Position numbers and translations under genes: made by a program. The notes beneath the pieces are model-generated. The model did no database searches, was not told where the DNA came from, and saw only the letters and a program-made list of their open reading frames with translations. Shown here one piece after another: positions 12,501 through 27,500 of a stretch of DNA of 64,000 nt (positions are counted from its first letter, which is position 1; every line of letters begins with the position of its first letter). The DNA is from Botryllus schlosseri (taxonomy: Eukaryota), in NCBI GenBank assembly GCA_051294905.1, contig CM119371.1, positions 21,268,001 to 21,332,000 of the forward strand, written 5' to 3'.

Positions 12501-15500
12501 GTGTGATAAGAATCATGAGAATACTCGATCAATGTGCTAATTCGCCAACTCGAAATCCGAATATGTTATTTGACCACCTTGACATCAAGATAATATTATT
12601 TCAGATCCATCAAATAGAGTTACTTGTCTGTTGATTATTCACATATTGATTTGAAACACGCAAACTCATGAATTCCTACAAATTCAATAACTAGTAAGTT
12701 ATTTTCGTCGTATCTGGAAATATAATCGTTAGTACATCTTACCATACTCAAAAGAATTATTCACAACAACAGCAACAAGTGTTAAAAATATAGTTTTCAC
12801 TTACTTAATTATATCACTACAACTTGCAAACGTGGAATTAATTCATCCTGATTGTATTCATATGACCGGTAATTTTTATTCAACTGTAAAAGTCGTTTTT
12901 ATTCTATAACACAAAGTAATTATTACTCGGTGCATACGACGAGATTTGAATACTCAGCCAATGATAGCAATTCCCGCAAGTGAATCCGCATGTTATAATG
13001 TAAGACATCGAGATGTGAGAAACTCTTCACGGTCGTAGTTATTGCCAAATTGATTTACAACCTCAGGGGTCACCAACGCGGTGGCTGCGGGCCCCAGGTA
13101 GCCCGCGAGGTCCAGGTGAGTAGCCAGCGAGCCCGTTCACAAAATAGATGGAATAGCAGCATTTACCAATATTCTTCAGATTATTACCACTGAGCTTTTA
13201 AATATATTGATTGATTGATTCAGCTATTCTAAACACACTAACATGAAACTTACAAATGCAAAAAATATATCTATATATAAACACTTAAAAATATCTTCAT
13301 TTACAATGGTAAAATATAGATCTATGTGATAGAATCACCAGAAATTGAAGATACGGCGCACTGCCGGAATACATGTCGGTTCATGCTAAGACCATGTCAC
13401 GGTCAAATATGTCTGTTTGTCTGTCTCCAAGTCATCTATACCCACATCATTGAATGTACGAAGTCGGTGCATGACGAGACTTGAGAACATGAATTTGTTG
13501 TCCATGATGTTTGTAATGCCAGACACGATGCCATCCATGATGTATGTACTGTCGTACACCTCGATTACGTAATTACTTGCGTGGGCAAACAATCGCGAAG
13601 TAGATTTGATATGTGCGTTGTCTTGTTATTTTCATGGAAACACGGGTTGCGGCATGTTTATCTGAATATAGTTTATCGATTCAAAGTTGATATCCGGATC
13701 CGGTTGATACTTTCTGAGGGTTTCCGATATCAAACTCAATTGTGCGTATTGTATTGATCAATAAAGAGCGTCACAAAATAGTAAACATGTGTGAGGAAAA
13801 TCACAAGTAACCCGGAGTTGTTAGCACGATGGGAACATAAATTCATCGATTTCCGACCACCGTTATCCGTGTGCCAAACATTTACCGAAGTCGAGGTGGT
13901 GTTTTATTGAGACAATTTGACTGTGGAAAATCTAAAGCATGAACCTGGATATCACAGACTTATCGAAATCTAATGTCCAATTTTCAAAACATACATTTCG
14001 ATGTACAGAGCATATTGTTATTTCATGTGGGTAACCAATGATATTGATGCGATACCACCGACCCAGGTAAACTTTGAAACCGGTTGTCCGTGTATATTTT
14101 CGTCCCTTTTCGTTGTAATAAATTTCTTACTGTCGTCAACACACCAAATAACAAATTGTCGGGTGTGGTTGTCAGATTTCCAAACGAAAATGGTATTCTT
14201 AATCTAGGAAAAAATATATTTAGAAGTGAAAATGGTTTGTTACTCTAGGTCAGTGTCTCCCAAACTTTTTTGAGCTACCGCCTCTCTTGACAATGAATAA
14301 AGTGCCACCGCCCCCCTACATCCCCTCTCACCACGCCTAATCATAAAACGAAACTTGTTCCGCATTTAAAACACTCAAAAATGAGACGGATGAAGCTGAT
14401 GTAGCAATATCATCATTCTCGCCATATTTGGTTGAAATTTTGATAGAAACATTATCAGTCTAAATATCCAGTGTTCACTTCATGTAGGCCTACTGGCAAG
14501 TCGGTTTCTGCTGTGTGTCAGAAACTTGGACATGTCGCTGAGAACACGTTTTATCAACTATGAGCGGGGAAGGGTAACGACGAAAAAGCCAACCCGACTC
14601 CAGTGAGAGTATATATTTTTATTCAATTGTGTACCCAGAACGAGATATTGAACTTTTTGTTGAACTCAAAATTTTTCTACTCTGCAATTGGGGTTACCAT
14701 ATTTTGGGAATATCAAAAGATGACGCTTTTTCAAAATTTTTAGACTTACAATGGAGTAAAATCTGGAAAATGATAAATTTTTAACGAGTTTGTGGCTAGT
14801 TAGCTTAAAAAGGACGTTTTCTGGCCCAGGTTACGAAAAAACCGCCAGCCCGTTACCCGAGCGCTGGTTTCCTATATCTAGTCCAATTTCCACGTACATT
14901 TAAAGGGGGTAAATGAATTCTCAAGAAAGAGGGCGTTTAGGCGTTATCCGAAGACACTTTCGAAAAAGTCAAAAAAGAGGAAAATCCTCTTAAGAGGACG
15001 TATGGTAACCCTGACTACAATGTAATCAGCTGCTCAAACATTCCATCCCGGGAAACTTCACAGAATGGATTGATTATCCGTGAGGAATATCCTGGAACCA
15101 AATCCCTATAAATCCTCGTGTAATTTTACGAGATGATTGATTCATGTTTTCCATTAAAATCGAGTATTAGAGCTGGAGTAGTAGATCAAAGCAAGCTTGA
15201 TAATTGGAACGGTTGACATGTCGCAAAATTCTTATCACTTATCCCACTGAGTTGTCAGCGAATGCGGACGGAGCTATATTCACGTTTATCAGGTTTCATC
15301 AATACTATGAACGGATATATTTTACCCTTAAATTTTGAGAAATACGACCATCAAGTAGGAGTGATGTTATTTATCGCAACCAGAACGCCGTGTCGAAGGC
15401 CACGTTAACACCGCTTTGGAAAATCCTTCATCGTTTGAAACATATAATAAAATCACGCAAGACAGTTTTTCATAAAAAGCCACCACATCTTGCAGTGAGC

Positions 15501-18500
15501 AATAACTGCTCAAGTTCACTTCGTAGTTCTCACAGCAGCACACAATGAACCACGTACGTACGACCCTAAATTGCCCTGATTGAATCTATTATGCATTTTA
15601 CTGCAAATCTAGCCTCTTTGTTGATCAATCGTTACAACAATATACGCAGAAGTTGACTTCTCAGCCTACACCGCCCGCATTTGCTCTCAGCGCCGCCCTA
15701 CCGCCCAATTTTCTAGCCAGCGCCCCCTCAATCGCCCATTTCATGGCCAGCGCCCTCTTGACGCTCGCGAACGCCCGAGGGGACGATGGTGTCCACTTTG
15801 GGTACCACTGCTCTAGGTAAAAATATAGTTCCAAAAGAAAAGGGTTTGTTACTCTAGGTCAGGGGTGTCAAACTCAAATTGCGTCACGGGCCGGATTGAA
15901 AACTTGAAATCACTCGCGGGCCGGACGAGTCAACTGATTCCAAAATGTTACTTAATGCTCTAGCCTTTCGCTTGACATCTTTGTTATCAAGCATATATTT
16001 ATATATCGATAAAAGTGTGGATCACGGATCACACCGGTATTTTTCTACCTATAGTAGCAACACCTTTATTCGCGAACAATGGAATTGGTGCAAGTACGGT
16101 GATTGAGCAGTTGAATACAGTTATGAACCGCTAAAACAGTCTACTAACGACAATATAAGTTGACACATTTCTATTCTCCCTCTGCTTCACACGTAATATG
16201 GCCTCATCCCTGTGTCTGCAGTGGGATGCATACACGAGATTTAACTGCAAACGCGGACATTGATATATTCGAGGCAGTGACCACAGGGGAATTGATAAAT
16301 TAACTTCGCGATTTCCGCATATCTTTTATGTCCAGGATACCGAATCTTTGAGCAGTGATTTGTTAGACGCACAACGTGGCCCCATTGGGGCCCTGGCTAT
16401 GATACTATCTGAAGTCACCAATTCAGTCAGCTCTGCTAGTCAATGTTATCACGTGTGCACTGAAAGAGGATGAAAATTTAATAACACTGTGATCAATTAC
16501 CAATGTTAAAGACAACATTCCCTCATGAATATGAATATGATTTTTTTTGTGGCATGCGCGATTCTTTTCAACACGTAACCCCTATAACAGTAAAAAGTTT
16601 CTTATTGGTTACGGAAGGCCCGCCGACAATCTGGGGCGGGAGGCGATGCCCCCAGAAGTTTGGTTTATTATCCTATGGCGATGGGGGAAACCATTGGGGG
16701 GACGGGTGCTGACGAAGTACTGTTTCGTCCCTGAACTAGAGCGAAACCACAATACCGCAGTAGGCTGGTTTTAATGTGGCCTATGAATATGCTCCACATT
16801 TTCTATATTGAGGGATTATTTAATGACGGTTAATCTCATCATATGTTACAAATGTGCTGGATAAAATAAGCATTTTCAATCTACTAATCCGTGACACCCC
16901 TGTGATATAGATAACACAATAATTTTTCAATTTATTCAGAGTGGCCCCGCGGGCCGTATGTTTGACACCCCTGTGGTAGTGAGTACGAATAATTTATCAA
17001 AGCTTTGAGATATAGACGCCATGCGAGAGGACAAACGCATCATGTTATCATAAAAGCTGCCACGTTTCAATTTGCACCTATAACGGACATTTGATGAACC
17101 TAGATTAATCTGATATTGCCGTTTTTGAGCAGTGTAGCGTAATCCCGGTTTCGGATACGTTCCTGACAAGTGCGCTATTGATGATGTTGTTGTCTAGTCG
17201 AATTTAACAGCGTTAGATTAACCTTCGAACAGTATATAATATAACACAAAGCCGTGACCGCGGTGGTGCGTACCACAGAGCTACTACTAACATGGATGAA
17301 GAGACATAAGATGTGACCAATTATAATATCCATCAAGGGGAAAACAGGACGTCAATGTTTACCATAACGACCTTCTTGGATAGCTAAAGACGCTACTCAA
17401 CCTACACCTGCTTGGTCGTATTCCTAGTGATATATGCCAAGTTTGGTACGTGCGTTGTTCTAACCAAGTCAAGACGTTCCGAGTCACACGTCCTTCCATC
17501 ATTTTAACGTTTGACCCATTCGACTCGAGTCATTTTCAATTTATCACTGAGTCATTCCGGGTAATTCTATGAATGGTAGCGCCCACGTCCTAGTCTGAAT
17601 GTTCAGTCAAGAATCATATACGTCTCATGTAGCCTATTGCCATGATTAATAGGCGAACAGAAGTAACAGCAGATCTTCCAACACATAGTAGAGTTTTAAA
17701 GTGATATGATAGTGAGGTTGATGTGTAGTTTAGGACTTCAAACGCAATTTTCGAGAGGATTTTAAGCTGTTAAATCGTCCACTGGTCTAGCAATATGTTA
17801 CTAACGGAATCAATGAATTTAATTAGCAGATTGAATATGTTTGCAATATTTCCAGAACTGCCCTACCGTGGACAAACTTGAATTAAAAACCAAGACCTTC
17901 ATTTCAAATATAATAAAAGAAAAATCTGAAACGAAATACGACAGGAAACATTTTGAGAAACTCATAGACACTAAATGTGCAGAAATGAAGCAACGTATCG
18001 AGGAAAGAGAAGAAGAAGAAAGAAAAGCAAAGGTGAAAAATATTTATTGTTACTTCTACGAAATGCAAATATTCACTCGTGTCAAGTCAAGCATATTCAA
18101 TATTTTAATATATGTCAGGTCACAGAACTTTATAAATTGACTCCAGTGACGTTGAGTACCGTCTAATTTTCCGGTGTCAATGAATATTAGGAATTCATAT
18201 ATTTTCTGACCACTCTGTTCAGGTTAATGTGAGGATGTAGGTAGATGCATATTGGTTAGCCTAGGCTATTTATAGGCAGTCGCAGTGACATAAAAAGCCC
18301 AATCACAGTGAACCGCGCTATAACTCGACAGCAGAAGAAACGATCTGGATATACCCCACCTGGACGTACTCGCCGCTGGAACAGGCGGATGACCCCTGAG
18401 GACTCGTCAACTCCTACCACACATGAACACCGAAGAGGAGATATTTCTCAACATGGCGCCTATGTAACACCGAACTGTGGCTCACAAAACAGCTTTGCTG

Positions 18501-21500
18501 CAACAGAAAAATAGAAGGGATAAATGGAGAGTAAAGATGAGTATAAAGAAATATTGAGATGTTCCCTTGGCTGTAAGGATCACCTGCTTCTTGACAAAAA
18601 CATTCCCGAAGGCACACTAGCCTCGGCATGTGGCATCGATTGACTACAGAAAAGCTTCTGATTCAGTCCATACCACATGGAGACTGAAAACAATGCGAAT
18701 GTACAAAACGAATGCGATCATCATCAGATTTATTGAGAACTCAATGAATAATTAGCATATAAAACTGTTGATAAAACATGACCATGGTAAAACAGAAACC
18801 TATAAAATTCAGATCCGCAATGGTATCTTTCAATGCGACTCATTCTTAATACTTTTACTCTGCCTCAGCTTAGCTCCACTCAGTGAGTTGCTAAGTAAAA
18901 ATGAACCAAAATAGGAAAGCAACAAACACTGAATTTCAAACAATTCATCACGTGTTGTTCATGAAGGATCTGAAAGTGTATGCGAAATCCGATGAAGACC
19001 TGAATATCCGAATGGCAATTTGTTCATGAGTTTTCGGAAGATATTGAAAACGAAATCTGGCTTGGATAAATGCTCAAAACTTACCATACGACGTGGAAGA
19101 GCCACTAGCGCTGACGACATGAATTTAAGCCATGAATTTCAAAATAGATGAAGCCATAACAGAATTGAATGCTGAAGATCACTATAAATATCCAGGGGTT
19201 TGTGAAAGAGACAACTATAAACATGCTGAAATGAAATAAAGTCTAAAAAGGGATAGGCCTACATTAGCAGGATCAAGTCATTCCTCAAAACAGAAGTAAA
19301 TTCCAAAAATAAAATCAATGCCATAAACAGTCTTGCAGTGCCTGTCTTGAGATACAGCTTTGGTGTGGTGAACTGGCGCAAAGATGAAGTCAAGAAATTG
19401 GACAAAATCTGATTAGCAAAGGCTGTACAACATCCCCCCTCCCTTCTCGAAAAGGTGGTCGAGGCCTACAAGAAATTGGAACAGAAATCATAGGGTTGTC
19501 ACAGTACATCCACAACAGCGATAACATTTAATGCAAACTAATTGCACAGGAAGACAAACAGCGCAAAACTAAATCTCTGAGCTATCGACACGACAAGTAC
19601 GCCAGAGAAGTAAACATGGAAACAACTAACCTGCACACTAATGAAAACACTGTTGTCAAACCCAAACAATAGCAAAAGCAGCACGACTACAATACAAAAG
19701 CGTAACACTCAAAATGAGAGAAACGATATGGGAGTCGATGCCTCTTCATGGACAGCACAAGAAGTTAACTTCACAGCCCCATGTAGACGAGCTTTCATGG
19801 ACCTGGCTATCAAACTCTAGCCTGAAACCGGCAAGCGAAGGATTCATTTTTGCAACACAAGACCAATCGCTTCCCACAAAATGCTATCGCAAAAGAATTC
19901 TGAAGCAAAACACGGGCGCCAAATGCAGAATGTGCCACAACAAAAATGAAACTGTAGTAGGCCTACACCTCATGTCCGGCTATATTGTGCCCTTGCATCC
20001 AGCGGATACACACCGATACACAATAGGATCGGACATTACATTCATCTTGAATTATGCAAACATTTTAACATCGTCACTTAGGCAAGAAAATCGTATGATA
20101 ACAGCACCAGTGACAGAAAACGAACGAGTCAGAATTCTGTGGGATGAACCAGTTATAACTAACCTCGAAATCAGGAACAACCGCCCGGGTATGATTATCA
20201 ATATAAAAAATAAAAAACAATGCTTATTCATTGAACTGGCCGTCCCAGCTGACCGAAACATACTACAAAAAGAACCAGAAAAACAATCGAAACACGCAGA
20301 GCTAATAATGGAATCTGAGAAAATGTAGCTATGCAAAATAAACATTGTACCGATCGTCATTGGCGCTACAGGGATCATAAGCAAAAGAGTCATGAGACAT
20401 ATCCAACAGATTCAGGTTAACGTTCGATTCGATATGATCCAGAAGATCACGTTATTGTGCACTTTGCATATTTTACGGAAGGCCTGGATTACACCACTGG
20501 ACTAGAATTACAGCATAATTTCTGTAATTTCGATTCTTCATTTTCAATCGTCTCCACCTCTGCTCTGCAGCCCTTGCCGATTCGTCATCTACTGCAATTC
20601 TATAATCTGACCTCTTTATACATTGCATAGGAATAGCAATTTGACTGTGTTACTGAAATTTTAAAAATTTACTTCAATCTCGCCATTTTCCTTTGGGGGC
20701 AGGTTGCTTCCCGGATTATGTGTGTATTAACCAATTTTACTGTGAATAAAGAAAATAATAATAAATATGATCAATGTTCATATCTTCGGAAAGCCTTGAA
20801 TGCACTACTCGACTAAAATTATACTTGCGAATCACAACATAATATCTGTCACTTCAATTCTTTATTTTCAATCATTTCTACCTCTGCCCTGTAACACTTG
20901 TCACTTCGTCATCTACTGCAATTTTTTAATCTGTCATCTTCATGTATTGCATAGGAACGAAATTTACCTATATTACTAACATTTTAGAAATTTACTCTAT
21001 TCTCGCCATTTTCCTTTGGCGGCAGGTTGCTTACCGTATTATTTGTGTATACAGTTTTACTGTGAAAAAAGAAAGTAATAACGTGTTGGCTACGTTACGG
21101 AGAATGTCGTTCAGGCTAGAAGTACAGGATGGGAGTATGATTCTGTGTAGGCGACGTTCATTGAATGAGAAGCCGAATGAAGGTCTATAAAGGCAGCGTC
21201 GTCACCATACGTGTAGGCGGCCGACTTATTCAATTTGTTTTTAAAAGGTATTAAGACAAGAAATGTACGAATATGAAGTTACCAAGTTACACGACCAATT
21301 CAAGATGAAGATTCGGGTGAGTAGGAATGTAAATTATGTTCATGTTTACGTTAGGGTCCATCAGTCCCCGGTATGGAAGACATGACCTAGGCGAGTGGCT
21401 CTCGATAGTGCTGCCCTGGGATGCCACGCGAAAATGAGGGAATGAGGTATTGAAGTAACCGTCGACATATTACTAAAGATAGGGATATCAACACTATAAG

Positions 21501-24500
21501 AAGTATTTAATAAGGAGATGTATCAAAATTCGTCACCACGACGAATAACTTGAAGTAATCAACTAAGAAACATATCGACCATTACATATCTATCATGATC
21601 GAATATTCGAAATAATTTTGCAAATAAGACCTATAATCGCAATGAATGTTATATTTAGTGAGTGTTAGGGATGACCAGGGTTTTGTTTTATCGTAACACC
21701 AAAGAGAGCGCATACACAAAGACATGGTTTCGAAGTTTTCCGTCCAGTTTTCCGAAATGAAAATTTGGTCAATCGAGGTATTCCACCCCTCTTAAAGAGC
21801 TTTCAAATCATAAAGTCAGAATCCCTTACGGCGAATTAAAAAACACCCAACTGGCCACCACTGACTAAAGTTAATGAACTGTTGTCAATGGTTAGCCTAT
21901 CAAATCTTGAAGGCTACACAGGATACTCGAAATGCTTGGGGCCGCGAATTTACCTTTTAGAAATTTAGATGGTGACGCGCGGTCAGAAATTTTCAGAACC
22001 ACTCATCTAGGCCGGAAAATATCATGTTTTAGGGGTCTCGATTTTTATATATTTATCGACCAGTAGCACCCTATTTCGGGAGACAAATTTCAAAGCAACG
22101 TTTTATTCATTTTTAAAGTTGAATAGAATATTCATATTGAAATGAACCTGAATACTTTCCGCTGCAACTCGTCAGGGGTAATTGTCACCAAGAGAATGGG
22201 AGAGAACATTCTATACCAAAAGTTGTATCTTAAAATATGACGTCACCGGCATGAAATATCGAATAAATGAGCGTTGAATATTCATTTCTGCATCAATAAT
22301 GAATGATCTCTTATTCGAAAGTTCATTCTGGTGTCTTCCTATTCTTTGAGTGTTCTCTCTAATGCGCTACTGGTTGCTGACGGTTACTCGTGATTAGAGT
22401 CAACCGAAAGTATTCGGGCTCATTTCAACATCAATATACTTATCAATTGTATATTGGATTTCTGTACCTTCCAGAAGCTCTTTAAATTTTTAAAGTTTCA
22501 TCTATTTTTTTCATGGTAGCAGTAGAAGAATACTGTTTATTGCAATTCATTGCCTTTTTCCTGGTAGCAGAAGAAGAATACTGAATTCATTGCCGAAATT
22601 ATTTTCCCGCCTTTCAACTTGCAACCCGGAATGGAAAGATTGTTGTGCGGTTCATGTTTTGAAATTAATGTATGCTATAAAAGAACAATTATTACCTATG
22701 TGTAGGGCTGGGCAAAATCGAGTACCCGGGTGATTCGATTCTGAATCACGTATTATTCCTCGAGTCGAGTCGAGTATTCGAGTATCAATGATTATGACGT
22801 CACAACAGAATGCACTATGTCAAAGTTCAAATATGTACCTATACCACCACAAAGAACATAATGCCTGTTATCCGTTACATTAAAAATACTTCGGTATTTT
22901 TTTCGACAATGCCGATTTCATTGCACTTCTTGACAATATTGAAGGATGATCATGATTTCGGAAATGTGTTATTGCCAGTGACGTTCAAAGCTTTGTACTA
23001 TGTCTGGTATCCTACGACACGACTAATCAAGTTTTCGAGGCAGTGGGTAATAGTATCAAAACTATAATTCACGTTAGTAAATTAATTCTCAGTTGTGAGC
23101 AGCGTATAATTTCAATACTTGACAAAATCGTCTTTTACTACCCGACTCGAATCATTATAATTAATACACGATTCAGATTAGAGTACTCGAATCGTTGTGC
23201 CCAGCCCTACCTATGAGTACAACATTTATAGATGGTCAAAGGCACGACGAAAGAAATGATCAAGGCATCATCTAAGAAACTATCGGTCGAAATGCTGAAT
23301 AATTTCAAGGAAACGGTATTCAAGTGGGACGAAAAAAAAGGCTGTGGAGAGGATATGACAAAGCACTACATTATTCTTGAGCAAAAGATGAAAGCCACAA
23401 TTAAAGCGAAGGTTGCGGAATGGGTAAAGCGAAAGGTGAAAATATGATAGCAATTCACACAATGTCAAATGTCGTTGTCCTTGTTTGTTTGTTTGTCTTA
23501 TTAACACAACTGGCGCTTATCAACACTTGTGTCAACTGCGCCCACACAATATTTTCATAAGTTCGTGTCTTTTGAGGTATTTTCCACTTTCTTCCGTACT
23601 TATCCGGTTTTTGATATCATCTTTCTTGAGTTCGGCTCTCCCTTCTTTCTGGGCTTTTTGAAAACGCTGCATTTACAGTAGAATGCACGATGGGGAGTCC
23701 AGGTAAACCTCCAACACATATATACATGGCATATTGTTGTTTTATTACCTCATTTGCTTACTCACAAAGCTGTCTCGACTACAATGCTCATTGCTCACTT
23801 ACAACTGTGGATTGGTGGATTTCGGCAATGTGTAAAATCATCATTGCAACCGAAAAACAAGAAACCGCTATTCCTCAACCTTGTTGCCGGTCTTCCGGGA
23901 TTAATATTTACAAACTTTTCAATGAATCGCTTTAACACAGACATCAAGCTTTTTAAGCCGCTTCATCACCGCTTATCAGGACACAATGAAGATTTACAAA
24001 CCATATTGTCTCTCTGGCCAATCAATTTATTGCAAGATTTTCATGCGTGCGAAGTCGGTTACGGTGAATACGCGAGTGATATTATTTGCCAACGCGGTAT
24101 TCACTCGACTTTTGAAATCATATATATACTACTTACCGAACTCGACGCATACGATTTCTTTCGATGTAGACCAATAAAATATTTGAAGATCATGTATTGG
24201 CCCGATTGCAGAGTAAACAGGGGTGTTCATTTGGGTCGGTACCGCACCAGAGCAATCTTCATGTATGTATCTGATATTGAAAAAGTTTCTTGGGATAACA
24301 AAACGTCAATATACAGTTGAATATTATGTTAATATTAAAATGAACTCGAATATTTTCGGCTGACACTCTTCCGCTGCATTGAGAGTATAATAATGCAATT
24401 TAACGCAAGAAAGTCAACAAAGCCTACCGAACGAACAACCAATGATCCTTATATCCACCTACCATGGATTAGTCCTAATACCACCCACTTTAAAACAGTT

Positions 24501-27500
24501 TAATTCTGCGTTCAGTAAGTGTTACGATTACAACGCAATGAAGACCAACGTGATTTTTCCTACAACCCAGCTTCTCCAAGCCACACTTGAAGACATAGCC
24601 TACTTCTTATTACACTTCGACAAAGTAATGTAGTTTTGAATATCAATGCCACTATGCTTGTGGTTAAGTTTAAAAACGATGCGACGTTTGCAGAACAGCA
24701 TGAAACAAGTCCCTAGAAACTCTCGCGTTGAGCCATCCCTGGAAGCTTGACTAAGAACAGACAAAGACCATAAATTCTGTCATTGGTAGGCTTACCATAC
24801 GTCCTCTTTTAGGAGGATTTGTGCTCTTTTTTGACTTTTTTGAAAGTGTCCTCGGAGGACGCCCTTTTGTCCTCTTTTTTGAGATTTTGTCCTCTTTTTT
24901 GAAAATTGGGGCATATTTATAGCAAATTGCGAGTGATATGCCGCATATTAGCACAGAAGTGAAGCTCCGGCGGGTATTTCGGAGTGAAAAACGGTGATTT
25001 CAGCTCTGAGCAGAAGTGAAGACCTTTTTTTTTTTTTTTTTTTTTTTAGTCATCAACCTGGCAATGTGGAGTAAAAAACGTAAAACGTTATTTTGAGCTC
25101 TGAGCAGAAGTGATGACCTTTTTTTTTTTTTTTTTTTTTTGAGAATTTCACTCCGGTTTTGCATGTTGCAAATTTCTGAAAAAGTGTCCCCTTTTTTGAT
25201 TTCCAAAATATGGTAAGCCTAGTCATTGGGAAACACTTGTAGGATTTTCCTACAAAATTATTATGTTCTTGGGTGATCCTGACATATCACAGATCGTACT
25301 ACCTCAGCCGCTACGTCAGTTGTTTTCAGCCATTTGCGTCGAGCGCCCCCTTTCAGACCTTTTTGTGAAATTTTGAAGGTTACACTAGAAGGCAAGTCGA
25401 AGATATCGCTACCGATGATCCCTCAGCTATTGACGATCTTATAACCGTATGCAGCATTTTCTGGATCAAATCCAAGAATTTGTTGGCAAGTGTCTGGATC
25501 GAGTTGAAACCCATCAGGCACGATCCCATTATATAGCCTACATTACATCGCCCGATTCCACATTCGTCATTGGTAATATACGGTGAAATTGTTTTGTATT
25601 TGCTTTATTGCTTTGTGTGACTTGTAAATGAAATGAAAATGTGGTATGGATATTGAATCTGGTTCAGTAAAATAGAGGGATTAGCCTACTGCACCCAGTT
25701 GTTCAATTTAACACACATGTACTTCAATCAAAATGACCAATTTTCTTTGCGGTATGATAATATGACGAAGAAATATTCTGACAATGACAATTTCATTTTG
25801 CAACTTACGACTACATTACCATTCATTACCAAGGAATCTAACTCTCGTAAGTGGTAGAGGAACACTTTTAATGATTTTGGTACGCCTTATTCAGCTAGTG
25901 CAAAGATACAAAGGACAAAGCTAGTACAAGCTAGTTCGACACAAAATGTGGAGGAAACCACCCGTTAGTGTGATTAAACAATGTGAAGGGAAACATTGAG
26001 CTATAAAAGTACGAAAGAATGATATAAGTCACATTTCACCTGGATTATGTTATTCACCTCATTTGTGGAAACATATCGCTGACGTCGGCGATATATTTCG
26101 AGTAAGCGCGACGACAAAGATTTGATCAATTTAAAAAAAGTGACTATGCCAAGACGAATCCCATTTGCTACATACTCCTACAGTTTGTCTCCCGTAGTGA
26201 TTCCGCCCCCTTCAAAATCAAAATCGCCCCCTGGGATCGCTGGTGCTCTTGCTAAATGATATTAAGTGATGGAAATTTACGTTACAAAATTTTACGTCCT
26301 GAATTGAACGACACAAGATGCCACCATTCAGTTGCCCATTGCAACCAGACACGGTATTCTGTCGACAGAATAACTAGCAGTTATCGTCGTAGTAGTTACA
26401 AAACATGAGATGCACATGGAACCCTATGTTCTTTCTGAATTATTTAGTACTCTCATTTCGACAGGAAGAAGATGCGACCTTCCAGGAGATACTAGACAAA
26501 GTATTTAACGAGTTTGAACAGCAGATCAAGGTGCGTATTGCTGCATAATCGATTGTAAAATGAATTGAAATGTATGGCTTCGACTGAGAATTTATTCGCA
26601 GAGTAGTCTTCAATGTTTTAAATGTCTTATGTTGCTGACATCACAAAAATGCTTGATGTGAATACGAGCATTAACACGAACGTTGTTCAACATCTCTAGT
26701 TTTTGGAGGATATTTGAACCGCCATACTAGCTCGTTCAAAATCGGGTATATTGAAATAGAACGGCAAAACTGCGGGTCGCACATAGACTTTATGACAGTT
26801 GCAAGGTACACCTAGATATGGTAGGTGATGTTCAGATGTCAATAAACTTATTCGATATCGTACAACACAGAGCATCACTAATGTCTGGTTATACCCAACT
26901 AAACACGAAAAAAATTCCAAGTTCTCAAATAAGTATAAGAAATGTCTACATCACGCACATTCAATATGTTTGTTTTTTACATAACAAAATTACGTAATGA
27001 CATAATGAAAAACGTGAGAAGATAATATTTATTTGAACTAATGTGGAATTATTATTCGACGCCATCAATGGTCCACACTTGGACTCCTCCTTGCCATTTG
27101 ATCAGCGTAAGCAGCGTCTTACAAAAAGTCTGGAAAGGGAAGTGGATGTAAGCAGTCCAGGAATCAAAATTGGAAATGCAGGACTGGTTTCGGTGACCAA
27201 GGCAGTCGAAACACCATAAACACCAAAACAACAGCCTATAGTTGGTGATTCGCCAGCGATTTATATAACTGTGGGAAAAGCTTTGTCCGCTTGATTACAG
27301 ATGATCGTAAATAAATGCGAACAAATAGAATGTGCAATCACTTACTAACAGAGTGTTTAAGCACAAATAAGGTAGCCTATACCATTTGACATCAGTATAA
27401 ATAATCTGACGGTGTCCCGCAACTAAGCCCTCTAGCGCAGTGGTCCCCAACCTTCTTCGACTCATCGCTCCAAACCGATCATCGCCCCCCAAATAAGGGG

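Noticed and set aside
19714..20328. 204-aa ORF as a host gene or active retroelement
   Set aside because: It is the C-terminal part of a LINE whose RT is broken by stops and frameshifts and whose RPD motif reads RPG.
21709..21777. Alternative 23-codon phase-0 candidate for exon B2
   Set aside because: Needs the third AG of AAAGAGAG and lacks the F/Y at -6; 21248-21316 fits far better.
22571..22669. Open phase-0 segment KKNTEFIAEIIF...FEIN with AG/GT ends
   Set aside because: Starts within a local ~48-bp duplication, has no repeat homology and would break the B/A alternation; not excluded without RNA data.
23754..24320. 188-aa ORF, the longest non-TE-looking ORF
   Set aside because: No ATG start, no recognisable motif, no repeat homology, intronic, and runs into a MITE end; probably chance.
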